Assembly (NCBI GenBank): GCA_951406725.2
Contig: OX597828.1
Span: 6,510,001 to 6,574,000 of the forward strand
Length of the DNA: 64,000 nucleotides
DNA from: Octopus vulgaris
Lineage: Eukaryota
Reading direction: 5' to 3'
In this document: positions 26,935-41,124 of the stretch, in pieces
Numbering within the stretch: position 1 is the first letter of the stretch
Layout: each line of letters begins with the position of its first letter
The notes under the pieces: model-generated
What the model saw: the letters and a program-made list of their open reading frames with translations, nothing else
What the model was told of the DNA's origin: nothing
The model's database searches: none
Program-made: the position numbers and the translations under genes

Positions 26935-28482
26935 ATATATATATATATATATATTTATATATGTATTTATATATACATACATGCACATATACATGCCCAC
27001 ACATACACACATACACACATATATATATATATATAGTGTGTGTGTGTGAGCATATATGTATATATCTAAATACATGTATGTTCATTATTCATATACATAT
27101 GCATATTTTTCAAATTATTTACCTGGATGCATTTGGTTGTAGGCAATTTTTTCGTAAAACTCTTAAAACATTTTCTTGCACCTACGTATTTTTCTTCCTT
27201 CTTAATATTGTTTTTTTGCACTATTTTAATTTTTACCTATTTCCATTATTTTGCATTTTGTTTATTATAAATTTTGCATTTTATTTATTCGCTATCATAT
27301 ATTTTTATTTTCCTGTTTGTGTATTTTCACATTCCGTTATCCAGTTTTCCCTGTATATAATTTTCCTATATGTGGCCTTTAGAAACAGACCGACGTAAGT
27401 GCCACAATTTAAAAACCGAGAAAAAAACGCAAAGTTGCTCGACTTTCAGAATGCAATATCTCGGCAAGGAATGAAGTTAGAAAGCTCGTTTTGGTCTTAA
27501 AATGACTGTGAAGACCTCCTCCTCTAATCTATTTATCTCTGCATCTGAACGATAAAACAATGACTGCCTCTTTCTTATTTTGTAGAATATAGCTGTACTA
27601 CGAAACGGTGAATCGCACTGAATATTTTAGCCATAATACCTAGAAAAAATATAGATATCTCCACCAAAGGTATTGTTTGTGTTTTAATATACCAAGGTTA
27701 GAGGTTTCTAAGATAATATACAGCGTCGAGGTACAATTTTTTCAGCCGGATTTCCGATCTTATTGCAAGCTTCACCGTTTCGTCCTTCCAACTTTTTCGG
27801 ATTCTGGACACCGTGACAAAGAAAATGATATACTAAAGACGAAAACAGCCAGGATGGCACTTCCGAAACTCTATTACAAAACGTCTCATATATAATTCCC
27901 ACCATTCAATTTGGCGAAGATAGTATAGCGATTTCACGACCCTTACAGTTAAACAGAAATAACTTATGAGTTACCTAGTTTAGCGCAATCAGATTTTTTT
28001 TAGTTCAATTACCAGTGGTTTGGATTACTATTCAGTTTTCTCAGGTTTATTTTGTCAAAAATGCTTTCATTTCCCATTCAAAACTGAATCCAATGTTGTT
28101 ACTTTAAGATTATATCCGGAAAGAGTTTTCTTCGAAATCTACGTTGGCCAAACGTATGAAGTCGGAAACTAAAATTATTCTCCAAACGCACTGTTATATA
28201 GTAAAGTAACTTGGTTTATAGAAATATCGATCGAAAATATATTAGTCAACAAGACGTAAAATATTCGTTGAAATATTAATATATTTCAAGGAAATCGATG
28301 AAACCGATTGTAACTTTTGTTAGTCATATAATAATAATTACTAATTTTACAATAAATCGATTAGTTATCAAATAACAACTCAGTATATGCAAATTTGAGT
28401 GTTTCGATCTTTGAGTTTGTATGCAATTATAATTTTCGCCTTCGTAAATAGGATTAGAGAACCTCACAAAACAGCTTGAGTG

Positions 28483-28532
<50 letters not shown>

Positions 28533-28744
28533 AAATGAGGGAATATAATTCCAAACTTACAGGGAATAATTCAATTTAGAAATCCTTAAATCAAATTTCA
28601 CAAAAAATAATATATATATATATATATAAATTAGAAATTTTAACTTTCTATAATATTTAATTTTTGTAAATGGTATTATTTAATTTTTCATTTTTGAATT
28701 GATAAAAGGTAGTTTTTTTTTCTAATTTATATATATATGAAAGT

Positions 28745-29020
28745 ACATGTCTCAGTGGTTAAGGTGTTGTACTCACGATTGCGAGATCGCGGGTTCGTTG
28801 CGTTGTGTTCTTGAGCAAAGCACTTCATTTCACGTTGCTCTGCGATCATGTCGTCATTTGACACGTGACACCCGTTGCACCTGTACAAGTGATGTCGATT
28901 TCATGGAGGCAGTGATCTCCTGTGTACACAAATATTTGATCCCTATAATCATGTCATCTGTCTCGTTGTTCGATATGAAATTATCAAACCCACATACGTC
29001 GTCTAATGCCGGGAGAGTCC
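28745..29020 (+). mobile_element. tRNA-derived SINE (family C-related)
   Basis: CTCAGTGGTTAAGGTGTTGTACTCACGATTGCGAGATCGCGGGTTCG head, then GTTCTTGAGCAAAGCACTTCATTTCACGTTGCTC. Confidence 0.65.
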
Positions 29021-29077
29021 ATCATATATATTTGGAGATGGGTAGAGATATATAGACAGATATTTTGTATTTAGATT

Positions 29078-29109
<32 letters not shown>

Positions 29110-29249
29110 TGTATGTATGTATGTATGTATGTATATACGCAGGAATAAATATAGGAAACTTGTTGAAAATGCACCTAAATTTCAAACACTCGTAAAGGTT
29201 GCATTTTCAGCAACACAGTTACCTACATAGATAAATATATGCGTGTGTG

Positions 29250-30126
29250 TGTATGAATCCTAAATGGCAACGTACTCAGAGTGTTGCATCTGTGAAGAGG
29301 ACTATCAGCTTAGAAGATAGACAGGAGAGTATAAAAATTATGTCTAGATTAGGTGAAGTAGATGATAGTGATGAAAGTATTAGAATAATTGCCAATCCGT
29401 TTAGAAATAGGGAGAAAAGGAAGCTAATTTGGGCACTTAAAGAGAGTAACAAAGTATTTTCAATAGCGCGGAAATTATTAGTAAAGTAAAGACATCTAGA
29501 ATAGGCGATAATAGATGTAATCCTTGTGTGGAGGTAATGTACTAATTTTTTCTTCTAAATATACTATAATAAACATTAGACAGGAACAAGCATGAGATGT
29601 CCACATCAGATTAAATATGCATTTAAACGATTTGAAGAAACATAAATTTCCATCTATAGTAATAATACTAGTTAACACAATGATTGGGATAATTAATATT
29701 TTTGCAAATAGTGCTAAAATGATTTTAGAAATAATAACACTAATGATATCAATTGAAGGTATGAACCCAGACATAAGTGAATTACTTCTGAATAACTTAT
29801 GTACTCCACTCAGTAAAATGTAAACAAAACTGCTATAATTGACTGTAATATAAATGAGCATTTTATAAACCACGATTCAACTGTAATACTGTGGTGATTA
29901 TAAGACCAGAATTCAATTTGATCCAAAAAGGAACGCTATAACCTTAATCTGAATACCAACGCGGGAAGCTTGTTTGAATTAGCTCACTTTGAAAACGTCG
30001 TAAGTGATGGACCTTTAGTGAAATTGCAGCGACTAGGATGCATAATTGCATAAAGAGCAATGTGTAGTTGCTGCAATTGATACAAAAGTTGATTATTGTT
30101 ATATATGCTGTGGAAAACTTATCTAA
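29250..30126 (+). pseudogene. Decayed coding-like island of unknown origin
   Basis: Microsatellite-free, purine-biased ~0.9 kb with successive plus-strand ORF pieces (29247-29489, 29617-29823), an antisense 125-aa ORF and several CxxC motifs; no family recognised. Confidence 0.3.
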
Positions 30127-30892
30127 TAGCGTTTTGGATGTGAATGACTCTCCCCTCTCCTCTTCGTTTTCAATTATATATATATATATTTTTACAATTA
30201 AGATTCAGTTGAATTAAGGTAACTTATTAGGTCAAAATAATTTTCACACCCAAACAATATCAGGTGAATATCAAACTTTGTGCAGGTGCATTTGCACCCG
30301 ATATTCTTACAGTGTATGCAGACAACAGGACCCAACTTAGTAAAGATATCCACTCTTGAGTGTTCAGACACGTACTTTATATAAAATTTCTCTGTTTCCG
30401 AAATGCATAATCCAGTGTAGGTGAATAAAATATGAATACCAAAGATTTACAGATGTCAGTTCATTACGATCGTGTCAAGCAACTCCTCTTATTGATTAAT
30501 GAAAACATTACAACATTACAAAGGAACCGTTTTCTTCAGATGACTGCAACGACTCCAAATAAAAAGGACAAGCAGTTTGTTTGTCCTCACTGGTACACAT
30601 ACATATTATTCATATTACTGTAAGTATACGTATTCTTTCATAATTACATTCTGTTACCAATCATTATTATAGAGATTCACAAGACCGCATTTAAGGGCAA
30701 TGAATGTTCATTCTGCTTTGGATCCTATACAAAAAAAATGCATACTCTTCTTTTCTTCATCACACGTGAATGAAACGTATCTTAATTTGTGTCAGAGTCG
30801 CTTATATAAGCATAATTGTATCGTAGTCGTTTATATGGCTATAACTGAGATTGATATTAATAAAATATATTCAAAATGCTCCGCATCATTTC

Positions 30893-31055
30893 TTCTGTTC
30901 GTTTTTATGTTTTGAGTTCAAATGTCACCGGAGTGAACTTTACTTTCATCCTTTCGGATTCGATAAAATAAGTACCTGTTGAGCACTGGGGTCGATGTGA
31001 TTGACTTAGTCCCTCTCCTGAAATTGCTGGAATTGTGCAAAAATTTGAAAGCGAT
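30893..31055 (+). mobile_element. SINE family B fragment
   Basis: TGAGTTCAAAT...CTTTCATCCTTTCGGATTCGATAAAATAAGTACC...ACTGGGGTCGATG. Confidence 0.75.
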
Positions 31056-32084
31056 TCTAATACGAGATAGTCGTGTAGGAAGGGTATTGGCTCTAAAGTT
31101 TTCACACCTTTTGAGATTTGTTTGACTGAAGCAGCTGAAATTCAGCTTAATTATACGTTACATTAACGGGAAAACTCATACAGGAACGTCAGCTTAGAAC
31201 ATTCAAGCACTGGAAACAAATGAAAATTGAAGTACTTAATGTCAGGTCCCATATACATACATATGTATTTGTGAATGTATGCATATATACACCAATACTC
31301 ACACAAATGCGCGCGCGTACACACACTCACTCACACACTCACACATGTATATTTACTTCAATACACACATATATGTGCATCTTCTGCGTTTGCACTTATG
31401 CCCTTTTAATCTATTTACTTTAATCAGGTAGTCTTAATTGATTGTATTCCCTTAACTCTATTAATGATTATGTGAAAATAACTATATTAAAGAAAATAAA
31501 GAATAAAGTGATTTACTAATATTTCCTTTGGTGTTTTATCATTTTAATTAATGACATATGCATATGAGGATATGAGTATATTTTCCTCTGGTGCTTCAAG
31601 ATCAATAACTTTCCTATTGTGCATAGATCCAGAAAGCATTCGATTGCTTATAGCTTAGCTTTTTAGTTAACACTCAGTATTTAATCCAGTGGAGCATATG
31701 ATTATTTTCAAAAACCTAACGTTGTACGAGTTTTAAACCCAAATTTCATTTCTGTTTTAAATGTATGCACATGTTGACGAGACCTGGTTTTAAATCGATC
31801 GGTAGTCAGACAAATTATCAAAGCGATCTTTGTTCATATGAAATGTGAAAAAACATGTACATATAAGTAACTTCTCAAGGCACATTCTTCTGAATGACAC
31901 TAAAATACACTTTTGGAATAACAACTGAATACGCACGCTCTCTTGGCTGACGTTAGTAATTTTAATTCCTTAATGCTTTCTCATATACAAACACAAATAC
32001 ACGCACACACGCACACACACACATACACACACATATATATATTTGTGCATATAAATACATATATATGTTTCACACACACACACA

Positions 32085-32770
32085 CCACTATCCACCCAGC
32101 CCTTGCCATAGCACTTCCGTGGACCGTGCCTCTGCTGTCTCTCTCCGCACCTGCCCCACCGTTGCACTCTCCCGTTCCCCTCACCTACCACCCCTCCACC
32201 CTGTCCCTCCAACGAACCATTCTATGAGCCTTCCGGCGACTCCTGTCCGACCCCTCAACCTCGCAAATCTTTTCCAACCTACCCCTTTCCTATTTCAAAG
32301 GAGCCCACAACCTGCGTGACCTCCTGGTCCACAGTTTTTTCCCTAACCTCACCTCCCAACCTGACACGTTTTCCTGCTCCCCCTCGCTGCAACACTTGCC
32401 CCTACCTCTCAAACATCACCATCCTCACAGGCACCCAACATCGGCCCTATCATATCGCCGACTCCTTTACCTGCACATCTAGCAACGTCATTTGGTGCAT
32501 CTCCTGCTCTTCTCTGTACATCGGTCAAACGGAACTCCGCTTGGCTGATCGGTTCACAGAGAACCTGCGAGATATTAAGCTTGGCAATAACACTCCGGTC
32601 TCACGCCATTTCCGCTCTACCGGTCATTCACTATAGCACCTGTCTATGTTCGGATTGTGTTTGAACAGGAGCCATCCGGTCTCCGGCTTTCGCCGTAAAC
32701 AGAATATAGTCTTCTCTTCGCTCCTTTGCACCTCTGGACTCAACTCCCCTCCTCTCTTCATCTGACACCT
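32085..32770 (+). mobile_element. Penelope-like element 3' fragment (linker + GIY-YIG endonuclease), probably Neptune-type
   Basis: Translations PLTYHP..LQRTIL, NLRDLLVHS, PRCNTCPY, SFTCTSSNVIWCISCSSLYIGQT..RLADRFTENLRDIK..TPVSRHF...HS; frameshifted. Confidence 0.9.
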
Positions 32771-35700
32771 ACTTCCTCCCTTCACTCCTACCCAAATCCT
32801 TCATCCCACCCCTACCACACCGCACCCCCACACCACACCCCACACCACACGCCACCACACACCACTCTACTCACTCTAGCACTGACCGCTTCCCAGCACC
32901 CACACAACACACTATCATTTGCACATCCACACACGCCCGCACCCCATCATCTACACGTTACAGACGCACACACTTACACACACACACACCCAATCACACA
33001 CGTCAAAGTCACTAGCCCCTATTCATACACACACCCGCACGCGTAACTTCGTTCTGGAATCACCAATGCTTTATTATCTCCCCTTCTTTCAACCTCACCT
33101 CTCAAACTTTTTTCTACCCAGTCGCCATGCTTGACCGCGAAATCCACAAGTTTTTATTCTCTCTCTGTTTATTTTCTCTTATTCCTTTTTGTTGAAAAGC
33201 GTATTTTCGAAACTTAAAAGACTTACTTTCCTGAGCATCAAACTCATACACCTGCTTGTTGTTCATACACTTGTCTTCGCCCTCGGCCATGCATGATCTA
33301 TCTTTCTTGGCTCGACTGCCGACCGCCAACATATCTTATGTACCTATCCTATGTTCCTGCCTCAAGGCCTTCACGTCAGCTCAATTTGATTCGTCTTTTT
33401 TATTGGGATGGCACATGTTGTTATTTTCTTGTTTGTATCTGTAATTGTGTAACATGTTCTCCGTTTTTCGTCCTTGTTGTTGTACACATTCGCTTGCTTT
33501 CTCACAAAAGAAATCTAATGCTCTTAGCTTGGACTGTTTGTGGACAACCAGATTTGAACAGTCTCAAGTGTAACTGCCCGAAACTGTAAGGACAATTTGG
33601 AACCTTTGTATCGCCTATCTGTCTGGATGTGTATTGTCCTCTATTGCGTTTTTGTTCCATTTTTTTTATATTTATATATACATATAGTAGCATACGTAAA
33701 CATTTGCTCACCTTCTATGTAATCACGTATATATATATATATATTCACATGCATATATATGTATATATATATGTGTGTTTATGTGTGTATCTGTTTGAAT
33801 GTATGCATAGATAATTTGATGAGAGAAAGGGTTTAGACTTCTCTGAAGGAGAGCTGAATGTAAGAACTAAATAATTTACTGAACTCTATGCGTCTATTAA
33901 ATGACTTAGCTCTTCTCCGGAACATTACTTAACGACACATGCGAGCGCGCACACATACTCATGCACACACACAAATATATATAGAGAGAAAAAGAGTGGG
34001 AGACATACAGACAAATAGAAAGACTGATAGAGAGAGAGGGAGAGAGAGAGAGAGAAGATAGTCAGACAGACTCACAGATTGATAGATAATTATAGAAGTG
34101 AATATGAGTGTGTACATAAATGTGTGTGCATGCCATGTATTCTTATGTGCGTATGAGAGCGTACGTGTGTGTGTATGAGATAGAATATCTGTGGGAGGTG
34201 CATACTATACACATTTACGCGTGAGAAGGTTCAGTGACATCAGTTTTTAGTTAATGTGAAACATAACATGAAATAATTTAAAAACATTACGAAGAGGCAT
34301 TTCGTAAATTTCTGCTTAATAAATTGCATAATATATCCCTTCTGGGTTTTTGTCAATGTGTAGGAAAGCAATCTCAGAGCCGACTATTCCTGTGAGATGG
34401 TTTGGTTTTCTTGAAGTATCAATTTCATTTCGCTTGTGTTGCAAATTCTAATAAATAAATTGAAATACATTGTGTCATTGGTGTCTACTCCTCATCTCGA
34501 TCGATCCGGTAACTGCTAGTACTACTCTGACAGAGCATTTGGTTCCCATATTCATATGTCTTAAACTATTCAATCTATAAGTTTCAGCTGAAGTTTCTTT
34601 TCAGCTGCTCGAGAAATAGGAAATAAGTTCCACAGATAACAGCTGATTCGCCTACTCATTTACAGGTTAAGTATTGCAGTGAGATACGGGATTGTCAAGA
34701 ATTGGAGGCCGTTCTCTCTCGCAGACTAAGAAACATCCTTGAAACGCTAGATTTCTTTTTGCTCTCGCACAGAAACTTATCTAAAATCACAAAAATCATC
34801 TCCAGTTTATTACGATTCTGTTTGTTCTTCTCATATTAACTTTCATTAACATATTTATATTCGCATTATCCAAACACTTTTTGCTCAAAATTCGAGTTTG
34901 AATAAGACTTAATACTACGAGCGATATTTAACTTTCTTTACTTACACTTAAAAATTCTCTGTAACACATTTCAAACGTTACCTTTCGCGCAACATTGAGA
35001 TCTAGAATTACATTCTCTGAGTCATGGCTTCTTTTGGCTGCAAGTAATAAGCGTGTATAAAAATTGAATAAATATCTCAGATTTTTACTTAGGAGTCCCA
35101 AGTAATTGAGTTAAGGAAGAACCGCCGTAAGACATTATGAAAAGCAATTAACCTAGTAACGCTTGTCTCTTTCAACCTCAATTGTAAGTCACAGCCCAAA
35201 GATCATTTTAATATTTCTGCTTACTATTTCAATGTTGATATTTCCTCTAAGTTGAAGCACTTTCAGCCTGGAGCAAATGCATTTCCTTTCATAATTTTAT
35301 CAAGTTATAAACAGTATGATTTCATTGACGTAAGAAATTATTTGAAATTATAGTTTGGCAATTTCCGTGTGTATATAGTGCGTGTGGGCTGCATGTGAGT
35401 CATTATACACACGCATGCATACACACACATACGCGCACACGTGCACATGCATAAATATATATCTTTATACGTATATATATACATATACATATACGTATGT
35501 TCTGTGTCTGCATTTACGTATGAATTTATGCATTTATGTATATACATCTAGATATAGCGGGATATTGCGATTAATCTGAAAGACATTTAGGTGCGAGAAG
35601 CAAAGAGCTATGCATAAGAATAAGCGGTTAGATTGATAGAAATATACGATACTGTTTTATACATACATACATACATATACACATATGTAGATATACACAC

Positions 35701-36050
35701 ACATACATCTCACACATACACATATACATACACACACACACACATACATACACACGCATACACATACATACATATATACATACACACCCACATACACACA
35801 CATATATATGTTATACTTGTTTCAGTCATTTTTGACTGCGGCCATGCTAAGGCACCGCCTTGATAAAAAACATGGAACGCTTCACGAATTTGCGTGTCAT
35901 CCTTGCGAAGGAGCCATTGTGATACAACCATGTAGCCATCACAGAAAGATATTCTTTTGGACCCAGCTGAAATTCAGGAGACCTAACAGATAAAATTATT
36001 TCATGAGGGGTATATAAACCATAAAAGTCAGGAGATATGACATGTGAGTG

Positions 36051-36230
36051 TATTTATTTAAGCACCTGTCATCATTAGGATTACGGCAGTTTCGGAGCAT
36101 TACAGTATATAACAAATTATGCAGACATGAAAAATAAATTATTTTACACTGAAATTATTATTATTGTTATTAAATGATGAGTGCCACGCAACAGCTGCAA
36201 TCCTAAGGATAACAGGTGTTTAAATAAATA
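36051..36230. repeat. Fold-back of two decayed HHR-bearing element ends
   Basis: ~50-bp imperfect inverted arms. Right arm ATGATGA-GTG-C-CAC-GCAA-CAGCTG-CA; left arm (minus) GAAA-CTGCCG-TA-ATCC. Confidence 0.6.
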
Positions 36231-36278
36231 TACCTACTAATGTCGCACAATCAAAAGCATAGAGCAGTAATGTATCTA

Positions 36279-36315
<37 letters not shown>

Positions 36316-36317
36316 AC

Positions 36318-36349
<32 letters not shown>

Positions 36350-36351
36350 TT

Positions 36352-36557
36352 GTGACCTAGTGTGTACCGTTGGCGATTTTTTTCCTCCGTATTCCCTTCC
36401 TTGGATATTTCCTTTTCGTATGATTCTGACGAAGAGCACCGCTCGAAACGTTAAATCCTCCTTTCTTTCCTTTCCTGAGCGTCCAATAACACTATACTTG
36501 CTCCACGTCCTCGCGTTGTTGTGTTTTCTCTTTGTGTTTTCATGTCTGGAGTAACTA
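36352..36557 (+). mobile_element. Short Penelope-associated repeat with hammerhead, ending in (TA)n
   Basis: HHR followed by TTTCCTGAGCGTCCAATAACACT...AACTATATAT; homologous to four or more other copies in the window. Confidence 0.7.
36422..36457 (+). ncRNA. Minimal type I hammerhead ribozyme
   Basis: GAUU-CUGACGA-A-GAGC-ACC-GCUC-GAAA-CGUUA-AAUC: core intact, stem II GAGC/GCUC, palindromic AACGUU in place of stem III, stem I GAUU/AAUC. Confidence 0.75.
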
Positions 36558-36567
36558 TATATATATG

Positions 36568-36620
<53 letters not shown>

Positions 36621-36667
36621 ATATATATGTATATATATATATATATCTATAGCAATATATATAGTCT

Positions 36668-37023
36668 TTCTTTCTTTTCTTTTACTTGTTTCAGTCATTT
36701 GACTGAGGCCATGCTGGAGCACCGCCTTTTAGTCGAGCAACTCGACCACGGGGACTTATTCTTTTTGTAAGCCCAGTACCTATTCTATCGGTCTCTTTTT
36801 GCCGAACAGCTAGGTGACGGGGACGTAAACACACCAGCATCGGTTGTCAAGCAATGCTAGGGGAACAAACACAGACACACAAACACACACACATACATAT
36901 ATATATATACATATATACGACAGGCTTCTTTCAGTTTCTGTCTACCAAATCCACTGACAAGGCATTGGTCGGCCCGGGGCTATAGCAGAAGACACTTGCC
37001 CAAGATGCCACGCAGTGGGACTG
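36668..37023 (-). mobile_element. SINE family A, near full length
   Basis: Colinear and highly similar to 56530-56897. Confidence 0.9.
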
Positions 37024-37272
37024 ATAATTTCTGGCTCTGGGTAAAAGGAAATATAGGGAGAGCAGTTAAATATTACTTTATTCAAAATGTAGCGGTCCTT
37101 CAGTTTTTATAAGTACTGTAAGAGTTACGCAAGGTTTCGTACCCAGAAAGATAATGCCTTGTGGACAGGTCGTCTGTCTCTATAAGAATACAAAATTTAA
37201 AATATCTACGTCGCAAACGTAAGGAAACGCTCAGAGCTCGAAGAATACGAAAAAACGTTAAAATTTTCATAT

Positions 37273-37273
37273 C

Positions 37274-37327
<54 letters not shown>

Positions 37328-37328
37328 C

Positions 37329-37407
<79 letters not shown>
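37273..37407. repeat. (GATA)n microsatellite
   Basis: Directly visible. Confidence 0.95.
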
Positions 37408-38668
37408 GTCACTAATCCCAGACGACCTCAATGAATGATTGAATTACACATCCACTTCACTCCCGTGCAACAAGACATAAATTAGTAGCAAATCAATCGT
37501 TGTCGTCTCAGTAATGAGTATTAAATCTTTATCTCAAGTCTAGATCGGTTAACAACGGAAAATTATTCTTAATCGTCTCTTCTTTAGACTGTCGATCGTT
37601 AATTTTGTCATGGATACAGGAGGAGTACCACAGTTGATTATTTTAGCATAGTTTATATCCAGGAGTGTCACGCTTCTCCCACACTTTTATCCGCACAATA
37701 AAGTAAAAAAAAATAATAATAAAGGAACAGCGTTTAGCTATTGAAATTCTCCTTCAAAACATTGTTGCCCGGTTATTGTATCAAAGTTATAAGAAACCAA
37801 GAGCATGTAATAAATTTTATGCATTTTCCCAGCGTTATTTCCCCTTTTATTTCATGTGGTCCGGTCTTTTTACATAAACTGCTTGTTCTCTTGGCTGATC
37901 GTCATAAAAGTATATTGATCTGCGTGGTTTCACCAGTAGGTTTTGATCTCGACATAACTACTACTTGAATATGTCTTTCGCTTATTCTGGTTACCTCTTT
38001 CACTTTCCCCCACTCATCATGCTATTCAGAGAAACTTCTATAGGGATGGGTTGACATGAATAAGCTCTATTGCTTGGGATAGAAAAGAGTTCTCAAAATG
38101 AGCTTCGGAGATACGCCTGGTTATTGTATCAGAAATATAAGAGCTGGCTTCGAAAGCCTCCGCTACTGTTGTTTATGAATGCTCAGGATGAAGTTATCAT
38201 AGTTGAAATTTCCTTCTATTTTTGTAGTTTCGTTTATTGCTTTTTATCACAACTCTTGTTTCTATTTCCTTTCTTTCTAGATTTTAGACAGAAAACCTTG
38301 AAGTGAACAAAATAACTACAATTATTTCTGTTGTTTCTTGCTATTATTTTTTTTCTGCCTACATCAGAAAATCTTACTTTACTGTAAAACTTAATAAATA
38401 AGTATCTATGAATGTAGATCCAGATTGCAGTTGGCACTAATGTTTATTTTACCATAACTGCACGGAACAAGTTTTTCACATGAATAACATAAATTCTCTC
38501 AGAAGAAAAAAAAATGAAACCAATTTGATTGAGGTAGCGTTTCCGGCGCGTAGACTATATTCTGATGCAATAACGGAAATCTTAGATCGCTTGATATTCT
38601 TCAAGACTTTGATATATTTTTTCCTTTGGATTGATTTTCTTACTATAGTTACTACTAGTAGTATTATT

Positions 38669-38701
<33 letters not shown>

Positions 38702-38961
38702 GATGATGATGGTATTGTTATTACTGTTGTTGTTCTTTTTGATTATGATGTTTTCACGTGTTGGTATTTATATTTATGTGTGATTGTGTAAGTTATTGAC
38801 TATACGTGTAAATGACTTTTGTTTCCTTATATCTCAAGCGTATACGCGTAAAAACATTCTCCAAACAAAATTTTTCCTTCAATACTCATGTGTATTCGAA
38901 TATAAAATACACATGCTCATATATACACCTTCACTCCACGCACATATAAATGAATGATTTC

Positions 38962-39003
<42 letters not shown>

Positions 39004-39039
39004 ATATATGTATATATGTATTTATGTAGATACACACAC

Positions 39040-39086
<47 letters not shown>

Positions 39087-39979
39087 GAATACTTGCATGC
39101 ACACGCATACACATTACGTTCATACATACATATCAATATATATGTGCGTGTGTGTATGTGTGTGTGCATATATGTATGTGTATATATTTTTGTATAAAGC
39201 ATATTACTACATGTGTAGGTGTATAGATCTAATGCACATAGACACAGACACATATGTATGTGTGTTTCTGTGTATGTGCATTTGTGTTTCCGTGTATGTG
39301 TATGTGTGTTTATGAGTATAGAATATTAGTTGTACTTTCTTAGAAAAATCCATAGTTCATGATTAAGGTGTGATAAAGAAAGAATAATCGGTAAAAGATA
39401 AATATATACCGCTATAAGAATTCACTACAAAATGAAAATCATTTCCTTATAGTTGTATTGTCAAGAAGTGTTATAAAATTTTGAATGTATCCTACCAAGC
39501 GAGAGAAACGGATTACAAAATTTTGTAAGAACTGAGAATTAGAATTGTAGTACGGAATATTTATAAAAGCGAATAACAGTTAGATTCGATAAAGACTTAA
39601 TGACGAAGAATTATAAACCTTTTTATTTAATAACTCAACCTTGACAATGTAAAACTTAAATTCCCTCCTCAACATATTTATTATTCTGAAATATAAAGCC
39701 ATGTAGTTTATATGTATATATATATATCTTTAGATGTATCAATATGTCTTATATCACTGAGGGAGGAACTACTCCACCTAAGAATGGAAACTGCAGCCAA
39801 TATCCTACGGGGTGTACACATGGTGTCCCCTTGATATATTTTACTATGTAAGAAATGTATTAGAGACATCAGGTGGAATTCATACTTTAAATTTTGAAAG
39901 TAGACTTATTGTGACCTTTCGCACGACATATCTTTCTACAGCTCACCTGTTTGATGTAGTTCTCTTCATGAGTCAACCA

Positions 39980-40695
39980 TATGCCAAAGTTTAGCATTTG
40001 GAATCGAGAATACCAGGTGGACAATGCCGTCGGCGATAAAAGCAACTCTCGAATGCAATAAAGATTTAGTGACTGGGACGATTGAGCCACGATCGCCGGG
40101 AAACGACAAAGCATTGGCAAGAATAGTCTGAGCTGTCTCTTCTAGTGGTACTTACACATCAGGATCAATGGTCAACTATGAAAGTTATTAACATATCAGT
40201 GCTACAGAGTGCATTACCTACAGATCTTGTTGTGTAGAGCAACAAGATACGAAAGTGCCGAAAGTCGAAACTACCGAAGATGCATGCAAGGAGACGAATT
40301 TGTGCAGTGTCTCGGTAATACTTGCTTGTGGGCTTTTGCCGAGCAGCTGCTTTCACAAATAAGAGAGATCTAGATAGCTGAATCTATAGTGAACCTCGAG
40401 GCATCACCTTCCTTTGGTACTGAGGACAGTTAGTCATCCTCTGTCAGTATATACACTGGCTGTGGTGAGATTTTGCGTCTGAAAGTTTTCAAGACAAACA
40501 TTTTCTATTCTGGCAAATTTTCCTCAGCTTCGATAACAATTGAAGAGACATGTAGGAAAGGAAGAGAGGCCTTGTCTTGTAATGTCCATACCGAAAAGTG
40601 GACTGACATCATCACTAGAGTCAGTCATTCAACGGTGCCCAGAGCAGTTATCGGTTGAGAGGACAGCTTCCCCATCGGTTGCCAGCTAGGGATTA
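39980..40695 (+). mobile_element. Probable decayed RTE-clade LINE 3' end
   Basis: RIPGGQCRR..IKATL..DWDD*ATIA resembles the RTE C-terminal GGQxxRxKDxLKxxL..W..A.DR..W pattern; GC-richer block ending at (GAA)n. Confidence 0.45.
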
Positions 40696-40896
40696 AAGAA
40701 GAAGAAGAAGTAGTAAGGAAGAAGAAGTAGTAGAAGAAGAAGAAGAAGAAGAAGAAGAAGAAGAAGAAGAAGAAGAAGAAGAAGAAGAAGAAGAAGAAGA
40801 AGAAGAAGAAGAAGAAGAAGAAGAAGAAGAAGAAGAAGAAGAAGAAGAAGAAGAAGAAGAAGAAGAAGAAGAAGAAGAAGAAGAAGAAGAAGAAGA
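40696..40896. repeat. (GAA)n microsatellite, ~200 bp
   Basis: Directly visible. Confidence 0.95.
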
Positions 40897-40901
40897 TTAT
40901 T

Positions 40902-41109
40902 TCTACTCTCGGAACAAGACCCGAAACTTTCGGGGAGGAGGCCAGTCGATTAGATCGACCCCAGTACGCAACTGCTACTTAATTTATCGACCCCGAAAGC
41001 ATGGAAGACAAAGTTGACCTCGGCGGAATTTGAACTCAGAACGTAGCGGCAGACGAAATACCGCGAAGCATTTCGCCCGGCGTGCTAACGTTTCTGCCAG
41101 CTCGCCGCC
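40902..41109 (-). mobile_element. SINE family B, full length
   Basis: Minus strand GGCGGCGAGCTGGCAGAAACGTTAGCACGCCGGGCG...GAGTTCAAATTCCGCCGAGGTC...GGGGTCGATAAATTAAG...GAGTAGAAA with A/B-box-like motifs. Confidence 0.9.
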
Positions 41110-41124
41110 TTAAAGAAGAAGATT

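Noticed and set aside
27370-28310. Possible non-autonomous DNA transposon interior
   Set aside because: No TIRs, target duplication or coding motif could be found.
28745-28800. tRNA-like sequences here and at other SINE heads
   Set aside because: No full cloverleaf; they continue into SINE bodies.
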